Assembly: GCA_963677485.1 (NCBI GenBank)
Contig: OY781964.1
Location: 4,736,001-4,800,000 of the forward strand
Reading direction: 5' to 3'
Origin: Armatimonadota bacterium
Lineage (GTDB): Bacteria; Armatimonadota; HRBIN16
DNA: 64,000 nucleotides
Shown in pieces: positions 31,201-38,963 of this stretch. Made by a program: the position numbers and the translations under genes. The notes below the pieces were generated by a model. That model was not told the DNA's origin. It was given only the letters and a program-made list of their open reading frames with translations, and ran no database searches. Each line of letters starts with the position of its first letter. The first letter of the stretch is position 1.

Positions 31201-33286
31201 TACGAACGGGCCGGTTACTTACGCGATCACTTACAGTGGTGCAGATGCCGTGACGCTGGCAGCAGCCAATGTCACACTGAACCAAACCGGAACAGCGAAT
31301 GGAAATGTCGCTGTCTCAGGAACGGGTAACACCACTCGCGTGGTGACCATCTCAGGCATCACTGGTAACGGAACCCTGGGCATCTCGATCACTGCGAACA
31401 CAGCATCCGACACCGCGGGCAATAACGCTCCCGCCGCTGGCCCCAGTGCCACATTCGTGGTGGATAATACCGCTCCGACGGTCACGATCGATCAGGCATC
31501 GACTCAGCTTGATCCGACCAATGCAGTGCCTATCCACTTCACAGTGGTCTTCAGCGAAGTGGTAACCGACTTCGCAGCCAGTGATGTCACAACTGCAGGA
31601 ACTGCTCCCGGATCACTGACCAAAGTGGTCACCGGTTCAGGCACTACGTATGATGTGGCTGTTACCGGTATGTCCGGCAGCGGCACGGTAATAGCTTCCC
31701 TATTGGCTGGTGTCGCACACGACGCAGCAAGCAACGGCAGTATAGCATCCACTTCAACCGATAATACGGTGATGTATGATGTCACTGCACCAACGGTCAC
31801 GGTCAATCAGGCAGCAATTCAATCTGATCCGACCAACACTATACCGATCCACTTCACGGTGGTCTTCAGCGAAGTGGTAACCGACTTCGCAGCCAGTGAT
31901 GTGACGACTTCTGGAACTGCTCCGGGAACGCTGACCAAAGTGCTCACCGGTTCAGGAACGACATATGACATCGCGGTCTCTGGCATGAGTGGAAGCGGAA
32001 CAGTGATAGCATCTCTGTTAGCTGGTGTCGCACATGATGCAGTGGGTAATGCCAGTATGGCATCAACCTCAACCGATAATACGGTTACATTCCAAAAAGT
32101 GTTGACAGCAGCCGCCGGCTTCGCTTCCTTTGGCGGCGGTGCGGGCATGACCAACCAGGGAACTAATACCATCATCAATGGTGATATTGGCACAACTGGC
32201 GCATCGACTACGATGACAGGCTTCCATGACAGCACAGGAGATGGATACACTGAAACTCCATTGAACATCGGAACTGTGCTTGGACGCATCTACACCGCGG
32301 CACCACCGCCCGTGATCTTCCTTCCTGGTGGTCCTTACGGTGGAACGGCCGAAACTAAAGCGATTGCAGATGCGGCTGCACTTGACGCACTCACTGCATT
32401 CAATTACCTGGCTGGCTTACCCACGACAGGACCAGACCCCAGCGCATCAGGCGATCTTGGCGGAATCACCGTACCGCCTGGTGTGTATAAGTCGGCTGGC
32501 GGATCCTTCGCCATTCTCCCTGGTGAAACCCTCACCCTTGATGCCCAAGGAAATGACAATGCTCGCTGGGTGTTCCAGATGGGGTCGTCGTTAACCGTGG
32601 GTGCTATCGGAGCAGGGGCAACTCCCTCAAAGGTAGTATTCAAGGACGGAATAGGTCAGGCTGAGAATGTCTATTGGCAGGTCGGAAGTGCTGCCACTAT
32701 CAACACAGGTGCAGAAATGATAGGAACCATTATCGCTTCTGCAGGAGTCACATTCTCTACCGCCGGTGAGGTAATACTCACCACCCTACAGGGTAGAGCA
32801 CTCAGCCTGAACGCTTCATGTACTTTGGTGAATACGCACATCAATGTGCCGAATGCCAGTCCGGTACATTCGCTATCTGGGCAAGTGCAGTTAAGTGACT
32901 TCATTGGCGATGTGCCCGACCAGCAGCTCGTGGCCACTGTAAACAGCTCCGCGAACCCAAGCATCAAGCAGAACGTCAGCCTGCAAGCGCAGACCGACGG
33001 CCAGTTTACAATGACCAGCAACCTGGTACCTCCGTATGATGTCCGCATGGCTAGTCCTCACTTCTTGACGACTAGCACAGCAAAGGTGGTCCCAAGCCAG
33101 AGCCTGGTATTCAGGCTCGTGAACGGCGATGCGAACGGCGATGGGGTAGTCAACCTGTTTGACTATGTCGCGCTAGACAGCCACTACGGCAGTAATGATG
33201 CGATGGCAGACCTTGATGGCGATGGCAGCGTGAACCTGTTCGACTATGTCATAGTCGATCAGAACTTCGGAGCCACCGGCAAGTAA
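28238..33286 (+). CDS. Large surface protein: 12 Ig-like repeats + DUF3494 (ice-binding family) domain + C-terminal dockerin-like domain
   Basis: N-terminal hydrophobic segment; 2+8+2 repeats of about 103-104 aa; DUF3494 motifs (GDIG, DLGG..PGVY, LTLDAQG...WVFQ, NVYWQVGSAAT, GRAL) at about 32110-32850; paired GDANGDGVVNLFDY / DLDGDGSVNLFDY Ca-binding loops. Confidence 0.85.
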   Translation: MSINIRMRPTSIGISAILMVASLAGWSSIVPGELSVPPKVTINQASGQPDPTNKLPIRFTVAFTKDVKDFTSGDVNIGGTAPGTGTSIVTGSGRNYDVEVRGITGSGTVTATVNAGVAHDAVGNENKVSTSTDNVVTYDITPPAVTINQAIGQPDPTRNTPILFDVVFSKTVNDFASGDVSLNGTAPGVLTTTVTGSGMHYTVAIAGMTGSGTVVASIAAGVVHDYLGNEGTASTSYDNIVTYDVTPPTISIGAPSVSLTRSGPVTYTIKYVGADAVTLTAEDVNLNPTGSAYGMVSVTGTGTNTRIVTISGIAGDGTLGISIASNTASDIAGNNASAAGPSATFVVDNTAPTISIGAPSALLTRSGPVSYEVAYTGANSVMLNTDDITLNRTGTANGTMVVSGVGSDIRVVTISGITGNGTLGISIAANTASDTAGNNAPAAGPSATFVVDNTAPTISIGAPSATLTTNGPVTYAITYSGADAVTLAAANVTLDQTGTANGNVAVSGTGNTTRVVTISGITGNGTLGISVAANTASDTAGNNAPAAGPSATFVVDNTSPTISIGVPSATLTKSGSVSYTVSYSGADTVTLAAANVTLNKTGTANGSIAVSGTGNTTRVVTFSGITGTGTLGISIAANTASDTAGNNAPAAGPSTTFVVDNTAPTISIGAPSATLTKSGPVSYTVSYSGADTVTLAAANVTLNKTGTANGSIAVSGTGNTARVVTISGITGNGTLGISVAANTASETAGNNAPAAGPSATFVVNNTFPTISIGAPSASLTKGGPVSYTVTYGNADSVTLAVASITLNKTGSANGVMAVTGSGTTTRTVTITSVTGDGTLGISIAANTASDTSGNNAPAAGPSATFVVDNTAPTISIGAPSATLTTNGPVTYAITYSGADAVTLAAANVTLNQTGTANGTVAVTGSGLSSRTVTISGITGNGTLGISIAANTASDTAGNNAPAAGPSATFVVDNTAPTISIGAPSATLTTNGPVTYAITYSGADAVTLAAANVTLNQTGTANGNVAVSGTGNTTRVVTISGITGNGTLGISITANTASDTAGNNAPAAGPSATFVVDNTAPTVTIDQASTQLDPTNAVPIHFTVVFSEVVTDFAASDVTTAGTAPGSLTKVVTGSGTTYDVAVTGMSGSGTVIASLLAGVAHDAASNGSIASTSTDNTVMYDVTAPTVTVNQAAIQSDPTNTIPIHFTVVFSEVVTDFAASDVTTSGTAPGTLTKVLTGSGTTYDIAVSGMSGSGTVIASLLAGVAHDAVGNASMASTSTDNTVTFQKVLTAAAGFASFGGGAGMTNQGTNTIINGDIGTTGASTTMTGFHDSTGDGYTETPLNIGTVLGRIYTAAPPPVIFLPGGPYGGTAETKAIADAAALDALTAFNYLAGLPTTGPDPSASGDLGGITVPPGVYKSAGGSFAILPGETLTLDAQGNDNARWVFQMGSSLTVGAIGAGATPSKVVFKDGIGQAENVYWQVGSAATINTGAEMIGTIIASAGVTFSTAGEVILTTLQGRALSLNASCTLVNTHINVPNASPVHSLSGQVQLSDFIGDVPDQQLVATVNSSANPSIKQNVSLQAQTDGQFTMTSNLVPPYDVRMASPHFLTTSTAKVVPSQSLVFRLVNGDANGDGVVNLFDYVALDSHYGSNDAMADLDGDGSVNLFDYVIVDQNFGATGK
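28976..31471 (+). repeat. Eight tandem 312-bp (104-aa) Ig-like domain repeats
   Basis: Unit APTISIGAPSATLT...GNNAPAAGPSATFVVDNT; the 312-bp period also shows in antisense ORF ends at 29359, 29671, 29983, 30295, 30607, 30919, 31231. Confidence 0.92.
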
Positions 33287-33342
33287 GGCAACACGCCGAT
33301 CAGCATCACAACGCTGACTGGCGAAACGGCCACCTGATCGAT

Positions 33343-33389
33343 AGCATCCCGCCTGCGTGTTTCCCACAACATGCAGGCGGGGTGCTTTT
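33343..33389 (+). terminator. Hairpin terminator after adhesin gene
   Basis: AGCATCCCGCCTGCGTGT...ACATGCAGGCGGGGTGCT then TTT. Confidence 0.75.
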
Positions 33390-33477
33390 ATGTAGTCCGT
33401 TGGATTGATGCGATTTGAATCGGGAAGATGGTCATGTTTGGGGTGGGGGACACCAGATTGATGGCAGGTGCCCGGTG

Positions 33478-34041
33478 TTAGGCTTGTTTTTCTCGGATGG
33501 TACGCTCAAGTTCGGCCTGGATGCAGGTGATGGTCAAATCGCCGCGTGTGCGCTCAATGACAGCCCGGAGGCCGTCGACCGTGCGTCGCAGTCCGCCGGT
33601 GAGGGCGTCGGTATAATCGAACCCGGTGCAGAATAGATAGACTTCATCCATGATGCCCATCAGCCGTTCCGCATCGGCATAATTCTTCGCCCGAAGCATA
33701 TCCAGTATCTGCCGTCTACACTCACTGGCGGCCTCTGCAAGGCCGTTCAGGTATGCAGGCGGCTCTGCACCCAGCATCTGCTCGCTGGGCATCTCCTGGG
33801 CCCGTATCATGCAACTGAACAGTGTGGCCTCCCACAACTCCTTCAATCCATCCTGAGTATAACCTGCGTAATAGATTTCGGGGCATTCGGTCTTGAGGCA
33901 AATGAGCTTCGATGCAACCTCCTGAGCCTTTTGAAGCTCAGTGTCCGCTTGTTCCCACTCCAGCCTGTGCAGATGCTTGATAGTGACAGACGCTCCGCGA
34001 ATCAGCTCACGGCTTGCTCGAAGAGCTTTCTCTCGGTAGCC
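33478..34041 (-). pseudogene. Translin/TRAX family protein, 3' part (interrupted by IS21)
   Basis: REKALRASRELIR...HLH, QDGLKELWEA, YLNGLAEAASECRR, GLRRTVD are translin-family motifs; 5' part at 36605-36676. Confidence 0.8.
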
Positions 34042-34143
34042 TGTCAATAGTCACCTTATTACTACCACCCATGTTCGGCATATGTATACCACTTGACTAG
34101 TTCGTGTTCATTGCCCAATGTAAGTGTTGGATGCGTCGGTATC

Positions 34144-34911
34144 TCACTCTACGGATGCATTATCCGGCTTGCTTACCTCCCCTCTGCGCTGCCTTTGGCG
34201 ATAGCTCTCACCGGTGACAACAGTCACCCGGGCATGGTGAGTCAATCTGTCCATAGCAGCTGAAGCGAGAAGAGAGTCGCCAAACATCTCCGGCCATTCG
34301 GAGGGAGCCCGATTAGATGTCAATACAATACTGCCCTTCTCGTATCTCTGGTGGATGATCTCGTAGAGGTCTTCCGCTCCCTGAATTGTGATGGGGCGAA
34401 GACCAAAGTCGTCGAGTATCAGGAGGTCAACGTTGACCAATTTCTTAATCAACCGCGTATAAGCATCGTCTGCCCTGGCCGCAAACATCTCCTGTTGCAA
34501 CTTGTGGACAGAACTGTTATAAACACTGTAGCTTCGCTTAATGGCCTCATAACCTATGGCGGTGGCTAGATGTGTCTTGCCCACACCAGTGGGACCACAC
34601 ACCAGCCAGTTGGCATGTTGAGCGATTAACTGGCAGGTCGCCATCTCCCTTACCAGCGAACGATCAAGGGTAGGTACAGCGTTGAAGTCGAAGTGGGACA
34701 GCAGTTTCGTGTTCTCGAAACAGGCCGCCTTCTCCATCTTTACCTGTTTAGTTTGGCTGCGTCGCTCAAGCTCATCATCTACTAATAACGCAAGGAACTC
34801 CGTTGGTGAGAGCTTTTGCTCACGGGCTAGCTCCGCTCTCTCTTCGAGGCTATCAACCATGCCAGACCATCTGAGTTGCCTGAGCTTGGGTAGCAGTGTG
34901 TGAGTTAACAC
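34144..34911 (-). CDS. istB: IS21 AAA+ ATPase helper
   Basis: Walker A GPTGVGKT, Walker B LLILDD, TSN, DRLTHH, GESYR. Confidence 0.96.
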   Translation of the reverse strand: MLTHTLLPKLRQLRWSGMVDSLEERAELAREQKLSPTEFLALLVDDELERRSQTKQVKMEKAACFENTKLLSHFDFNAVPTLDRSLVREMATCQLIAQHANWLVCGPTGVGKTHLATAIGYEAIKRSYSVYNSSVHKLQQEMFAARADDAYTRLIKKLVNVDLLILDDFGLRPITIQGAEDLYEIIHQRYEKGSIVLTSNRAPSEWPEMFGDSLLASAAMDRLTHHARVTVVTGESYRQRQRRGEVSKPDNASVE

Positions 34912-36464
34912 GCTTCTACCTCCATATTGGTGTCAGCATTACTGACCAAAATGAATTCGTCGGCACTACGAGCGAAGAGGTAGTCTTTTTTAGGGGGAAG
35001 AGAAGATGTTATTCCCATTGGCTCGTGATCTGTACCGGCCCTCAGTATCTTAGCAATGCGTTGGTAACTACCATCTTGGTAATAGAGAGAGCGTGCGCAG
35101 GCCGCTTCCAGGCGACTACTGCTGTACGTTTGAACTAGCCGGACGATCCTCTTCACGGATTGTCTTCGGTCTACAGGCCTGTCAGCCAGCAAAGCATTAA
35201 GCACCGTAACACAACTGGGGCCGATGTCATGCCCTAATTCCAGGCAATTCTCGATTGAAAGAACCATATAGGCCACTTTATGTGTTGGGTAATCAGTCAT
35301 GCGGGTAATGCGCTGCCCTTGTTGTGTCGCTCTTTGATGTGTTCCAACTAGTTTATGGTCGTTATCATATATCTGCACCACTCGTTCGTGCAGATGCACG
35401 TCCATTTGGCTGCCTATGTAGCTGTAGGGCACGGAATAGTAAGAACCATACACTGTAACATGACAGTCCCGATGGACTTTCGCACTACGAACTTCAATGA
35501 GATCAAATTCCGTGTCTGGTAATGACTTAAGCGTGCTCTTCTCTACCTGATTGAACTGCGCCAATGGCTGTTTATGTGTGGTTCCATGGTTACGCAGACC
35601 TGCCTCTTGTGTGATCCAGGTCTTCACAAGCAGGTTCGCTTCGTCGATATCCATGAACTCCCGGCCTGCAATGAAGTTTCGCTGCACGTAATGAACCCCG
35701 TTTTCCACTTTTCCTTTATGCTCCGGGGTTCTCACTCTACACGGATGAATGAGGAAGTCGTAGTGCAAGGCCAGTTGCCGATACGGCTCCGAGATGACAG
35801 GGTCGTATATATCTGCTTTGAGAACCGCTGACTTTAGATTGTCTATCACAAGTTCCTCTGGAACGCCTCCGAAGAATTCAAAGGCGTTGATATGGCAGTT
35901 CACCCATGTGGGTATCCTTTGATTGAATACAAACTCCACATATTGATGTCGAGAGTGTGATAGCGTCATCAAGAAGGCATACGTTGAACGCATCTTGCCT
36001 GTTGCGGGGTCCTTCATTTGCCCCACAAATCCGAAGTCAACCTGGGCCTGTTTTCCTGGGTCTGTCTCTAGACGTATAATGGCCAACTGCTCTTTGGGGG
36101 TCAGTCCGTTAATGAAGCGAATAACCGAAGAGTAGCTACCGGTAAACCCGTATAGTCGTTTGAGGTTGTTGTGGATGGTCACTGCCTCTATGTGAGTCTG
36201 GAGATAGGTCTCGATGATTTCGCGGTATGGTTCAGCACTAGACACATTACTGCGTCGTTTGCGCTGCGGTAAGGTGTCACGAAATGCCTCCATACTCGGC
36301 ATATCTGAATCTGGAGCCAGGTATCCAAGTCGAGAAGCCCACTGTGCGTATTGGCTGACGGTGTTACGAGCGCAGCCCGTGTCACGAGAAATCGCTCGTT
36401 GGGACTGCCCACGCCGCAGTCGGAATATGATCTCTTCTATGATCTGCATTCTTAGCCTTTCCAT
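34905..36464 (-). CDS. istA: IS21 DDE transposase
   Basis: N-terminal HTH, PGKQAQVDFG, FFGGVP..IDN, KGKVE. Confidence 0.96.
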   Translation of the reverse strand: MERLRMQIIEEIIFRLRRGQSQRAISRDTGCARNTVSQYAQWASRLGYLAPDSDMPSMEAFRDTLPQRKRRSNVSSAEPYREIIETYLQTHIEAVTIHNNLKRLYGFTGSYSSVIRFINGLTPKEQLAIIRLETDPGKQAQVDFGFVGQMKDPATGKMRSTYAFLMTLSHSRHQYVEFVFNQRIPTWVNCHINAFEFFGGVPEELVIDNLKSAVLKADIYDPVISEPYRQLALHYDFLIHPCRVRTPEHKGKVENGVHYVQRNFIAGREFMDIDEANLLVKTWITQEAGLRNHGTTHKQPLAQFNQVEKSTLKSLPDTEFDLIEVRSAKVHRDCHVTVYGSYYSVPYSYIGSQMDVHLHERVVQIYDNDHKLVGTHQRATQQGQRITRMTDYPTHKVAYMVLSIENCLELGHDIGPSCVTVLNALLADRPVDRRQSVKRIVRLVQTYSSSRLEAACARSLYYQDGSYQRIAKILRAGTDHEPMGITSSLPPKKDYLFARSADEFILVSNADTNMEVEAC

Positions 36465-36604
36465 GTATGCCCTCCTGATAAAACTGTGTCTATCATTTAG
36501 GCGGTCAGGGGCATCGAAACACGGCTAGAGTGGTATAGTCATGCCGAACATGGGTGGCTCACACATGCCGAATGGGCTGGTATAGTGTAACCCGATTAGC
36601 GACA

Positions 36605-36676
36605 GTAGCCATCACGAGTATCCAGTGTGACGCGCATATCTGAAGAAATCTGCTGCAGCCGTTGTTCTAAGTTCAT
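36605..36676 (-). pseudogene. Translin/TRAX family protein, 5' fragment (codons 1-24)
   Basis: ATGA overlap with ispA stop; MNLEQRLQQISSDMRVTLDTRDGY joins in frame to REKAL... when the IS and one GTAGCC are removed. Confidence 0.82.
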
Positions 36677-37557
36677 TGTTTTCTTTCTTCCACGAAGTCC
36701 GCCAGTTCAAGAAGGGTGGTTGCGGCTTCACCAAAAGGCTCAATTGCACATTTTGCTTTACAGACGCGCTGATGCAATATCCGTTTGGTCTCGTCTATGC
36801 CATAAAGACCGGGGTAGGTTGCTTTGCCCATTTGTTCGTCAGTTCCTGTGGCCTTACCAAGCAACACCGGGTCACCTATGACATTCAGAAGATCATCGGC
36901 TACCTGAAATGCTATGCCGATCTGCAACCCATATTCACGGATAGCTGCTGTCTCCGAAGGGTCACCACCGGCTAGAATGGCACCGCAAACTACGCTGCAT
37001 TCTAGCAGCATGCCCGTCTTACGACGATGGATGAGCTGAAGTGTTTCGGCTTTGATCGCCTGGTTTTCACTTTCGATGTCAAGCATCTCTCCGCCAACAA
37101 GTCCTTGAGTGCCAACGGCTCTGCTGACTTCACGAATGATGGCTAGCTGACTCGCAGCATCGACGGAACCATCTGGGGCCGATAGAAGATCGAACGCTAA
37201 TGCAAACAGCGCATCGCCCGCTAGTATTGCGGTAGGTTCGTTGAACTGCACATGACAGGTGGGCCGTCCGCGCCGCAGTATGTCGTCGTCAATCGCTGGC
37301 AGGTCATCGTGTATCAATGAAAAAGCGTGAATGCACTCAATAGCACAGGCAGCGTGCTTTACCGAATTTACATCCGCACCCAGCATCTCAGCAGTAAGCA
37401 TCATCATGATGGGGCGTAACCGCTTGCCAGGAGCAAGAGCACTATATCGCATCGCCTCATGCAAACGTTGAGGGCAATGCGATATAGCGGGCAACAACTC
37501 ATCAAGCCAGCGGTCAACAAGGACCCTAAGCTGTTCCATCCGAACTTGAAGTAACAT
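36673..37557 (-). CDS. ispA: Polyprenyl (farnesyl/geranylgeranyl) diphosphate synthase
   Basis: GKRLRP, LIHDDLPAIDDD..RRG, KT, FQVADD, GKATYP. Confidence 0.93.
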   Translation of the reverse strand: MLLQVRMEQLRVLVDRWLDELLPAISHCPQRLHEAMRYSALAPGKRLRPIMMMLTAEMLGADVNSVKHAACAIECIHAFSLIHDDLPAIDDDILRRGRPTCHVQFNEPTAILAGDALFALAFDLLSAPDGSVDAASQLAIIREVSRAVGTQGLVGGEMLDIESENQAIKAETLQLIHRRKTGMLLECSVVCGAILAGGDPSETAAIREYGLQIGIAFQVADDLLNVIGDPVLLGKATGTDEQMGKATYPGLYGIDETKRILHQRVCKAKCAIEPFGEAATTLLELADFVEERKQ

Positions 37558-37563
37558 TCCTGA

Positions 37564-38421
37564 CTACTGTGCGGCCTTTTTAGCAGCTGCTTTGACGGAG
37601 TTTGCCATCAGCATGGCGATGGTCATAGGACCGACCCCGCCCGGCACAGGCGTGATGTATGATGCGACTTGGCTTGCTGCTGCGTAGTCCACATCACCCA
37701 CATCACCGGACCGTCCTTCAACCCGGTTATATCCGGCGTCAATCACCACCGCACCAGGTTTGATCCAGTCACCTTTCACAAGTTCAGCGCGGCCAACGGC
37801 AGCCACCACCACATCCGCCTGCCTGACCTCATCAGCCAGGTTAAGCGTCCGCGAGTGGCAGATCGTCACAGTGGCGTGCTGTTCCAGCATCAGCAGTGCC
37901 ATCGGTTTCCCAAGAATGATACTGCGGCCAATAACGACAACCTTCTTGCCTGAGAGTTTGATGTCATATCGCTTCAACAGCTCCATGATGCCCAGGGGGG
38001 TACAACAGCGATAGCCTTCTATACCAGCAGCCAGACGTCCTAATGAGGCTGGGGTAATACCATCGACATCCTTTTCGGGATCAAGAAGCCCCAAGACCTT
38101 CAACTCATCGAGTTGTTTCGGCAGGGGGTGTTGGATTAACACTCCGTCAATGCTGCTATCGTTGTTGAGCTGGTTTACCAGTTCCTCAGCTTGCGCCTGA
38201 GTAGCATCTGAGGCCAGAGCGTATCGTTCGGAAATGACACCCACCACCTGGCAAGCCTTCTGCTTCATCTTGACATAAGTCTGTGATGCGGGATCGTCTC
38301 CGATGAGTACGACGGCCAGTTTTGGTTGATGTCCTTTTTCCGTAAGCTCTGTCGCTTGTCGTTTCAGTTCCTGTCGGATTATTTTGGCAGTAGCTGAACC
38401 ATCAAGTATCTGTGCTGTCAT
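37564..38421 (-). CDS. folD: Methylenetetrahydrofolate dehydrogenase/cyclohydrolase
   Basis: YVKMK, KDVDG, GRSIILGKP, TPVPGGVGPMT. Confidence 0.96.
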   Translation of the reverse strand: MTAQILDGSATAKIIRQELKRQATELTEKGHQPKLAVVLIGDDPASQTYVKMKQKACQVVGVISERYALASDATQAQAEELVNQLNNDSSIDGVLIQHPLPKQLDELKVLGLLDPEKDVDGITPASLGRLAAGIEGYRCCTPLGIMELLKRYDIKLSGKKVVVIGRSIILGKPMALLMLEQHATVTICHSRTLNLADEVRQADVVVAAVGRAELVKGDWIKPGAVVIDAGYNRVEGRSGDVGDVDYAAASQVASYITPVPGGVGPMTIAMLMANSVKAAAKKAAQ

Positions 38422-38436
38422 TTATAGTTGTTCCTG

Positions 38437-38961
38437 TCAGTTGCTTTTTGTTTTTGATACCGCGTCAGGCCGAACATCTTGCAATATTCCAGCCAGCAGA
38501 CCGTTCACGAAACGGCTAGCGTCATCATCGCTGTATTTTTTCGATAGTTCAACCGCTTCGCTGATGATGATCGCTTCCGATGTTTCGGGGCGATTGATCA
38601 ATTCCCATACCGCAATGCGGACGATATTGCGGTCAGGTAGGGGCTGCCGTGAGATGGGCCAGCCTACGCTGCGCGCTTCAATCATGGCGTCGATATGGTC
38701 GACATCCGCGCAGACACCATCGACGAGTTGCTTGCAGAACTCGAGTATCTTCGCGTCAATCACTTCAACTTCTTTTGTCACACCGTCGACAATCGACTTA
38801 GCGAACTGCATCGCATCATCATCAAGCGCGAAGTGTTCTTGTGCTTCCTCGATATCTTCCGGCGTGATCTCTTCACTCAGCTCCCATTTGTAGAGCATCC
38901 GAAGAGCCAGTTCACGTGCGAGACGAAGCTTCTTAATTGAACCTGATGGTTTATGAGACAA
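38437..38961 (-). CDS. nusB: Transcription antitermination factor NusB (with internal helix duplication)
   Basis: RLARELALRMLY, DRNIVRIAVWE, ISEAVELSKKY, FVNGLL; position before folD. Confidence 0.9.
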   Translation of the reverse strand: MSHKPSGSIKKLRLARELALRMLYKWELSEEITPEDIEEAQEHFALDDDAMQFAKSIVDGVTKEVEVIDAKILEFCKQLVDGVCADVDHIDAMIEARSVGWPISRQPLPDRNIVRIAVWELINRPETSEAIIISEAVELSKKYSDDDASRFVNGLLAGILQDVRPDAVSKTKSN

Positions 38962-38963
38962 AT

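Larger units (their letters stand above)
34042..36604 (-). mobile_element. IS21 family insertion sequence (istA-istB), complete, with 6-bp target duplication GTAGCC
   Basis: Ends TGTC...GACA; GTAGCC at 34036-34041 and 36605-36610; subterminal inverted repeat CCACCCATGTTCGGCAT (34065-34081) / ATGCCGAACATGGGTGG (36541-36557) plus related copies. Confidence 0.95.

Noticed and set aside
29035-33048. Periodic minus-strand ORFs of 80-150 aa that could look like an array of small genes or a CRISPR-like array
   Set aside because: Antisense reading of the 312-bp coding repeats; no short repeat-spacer structure and no cas genes
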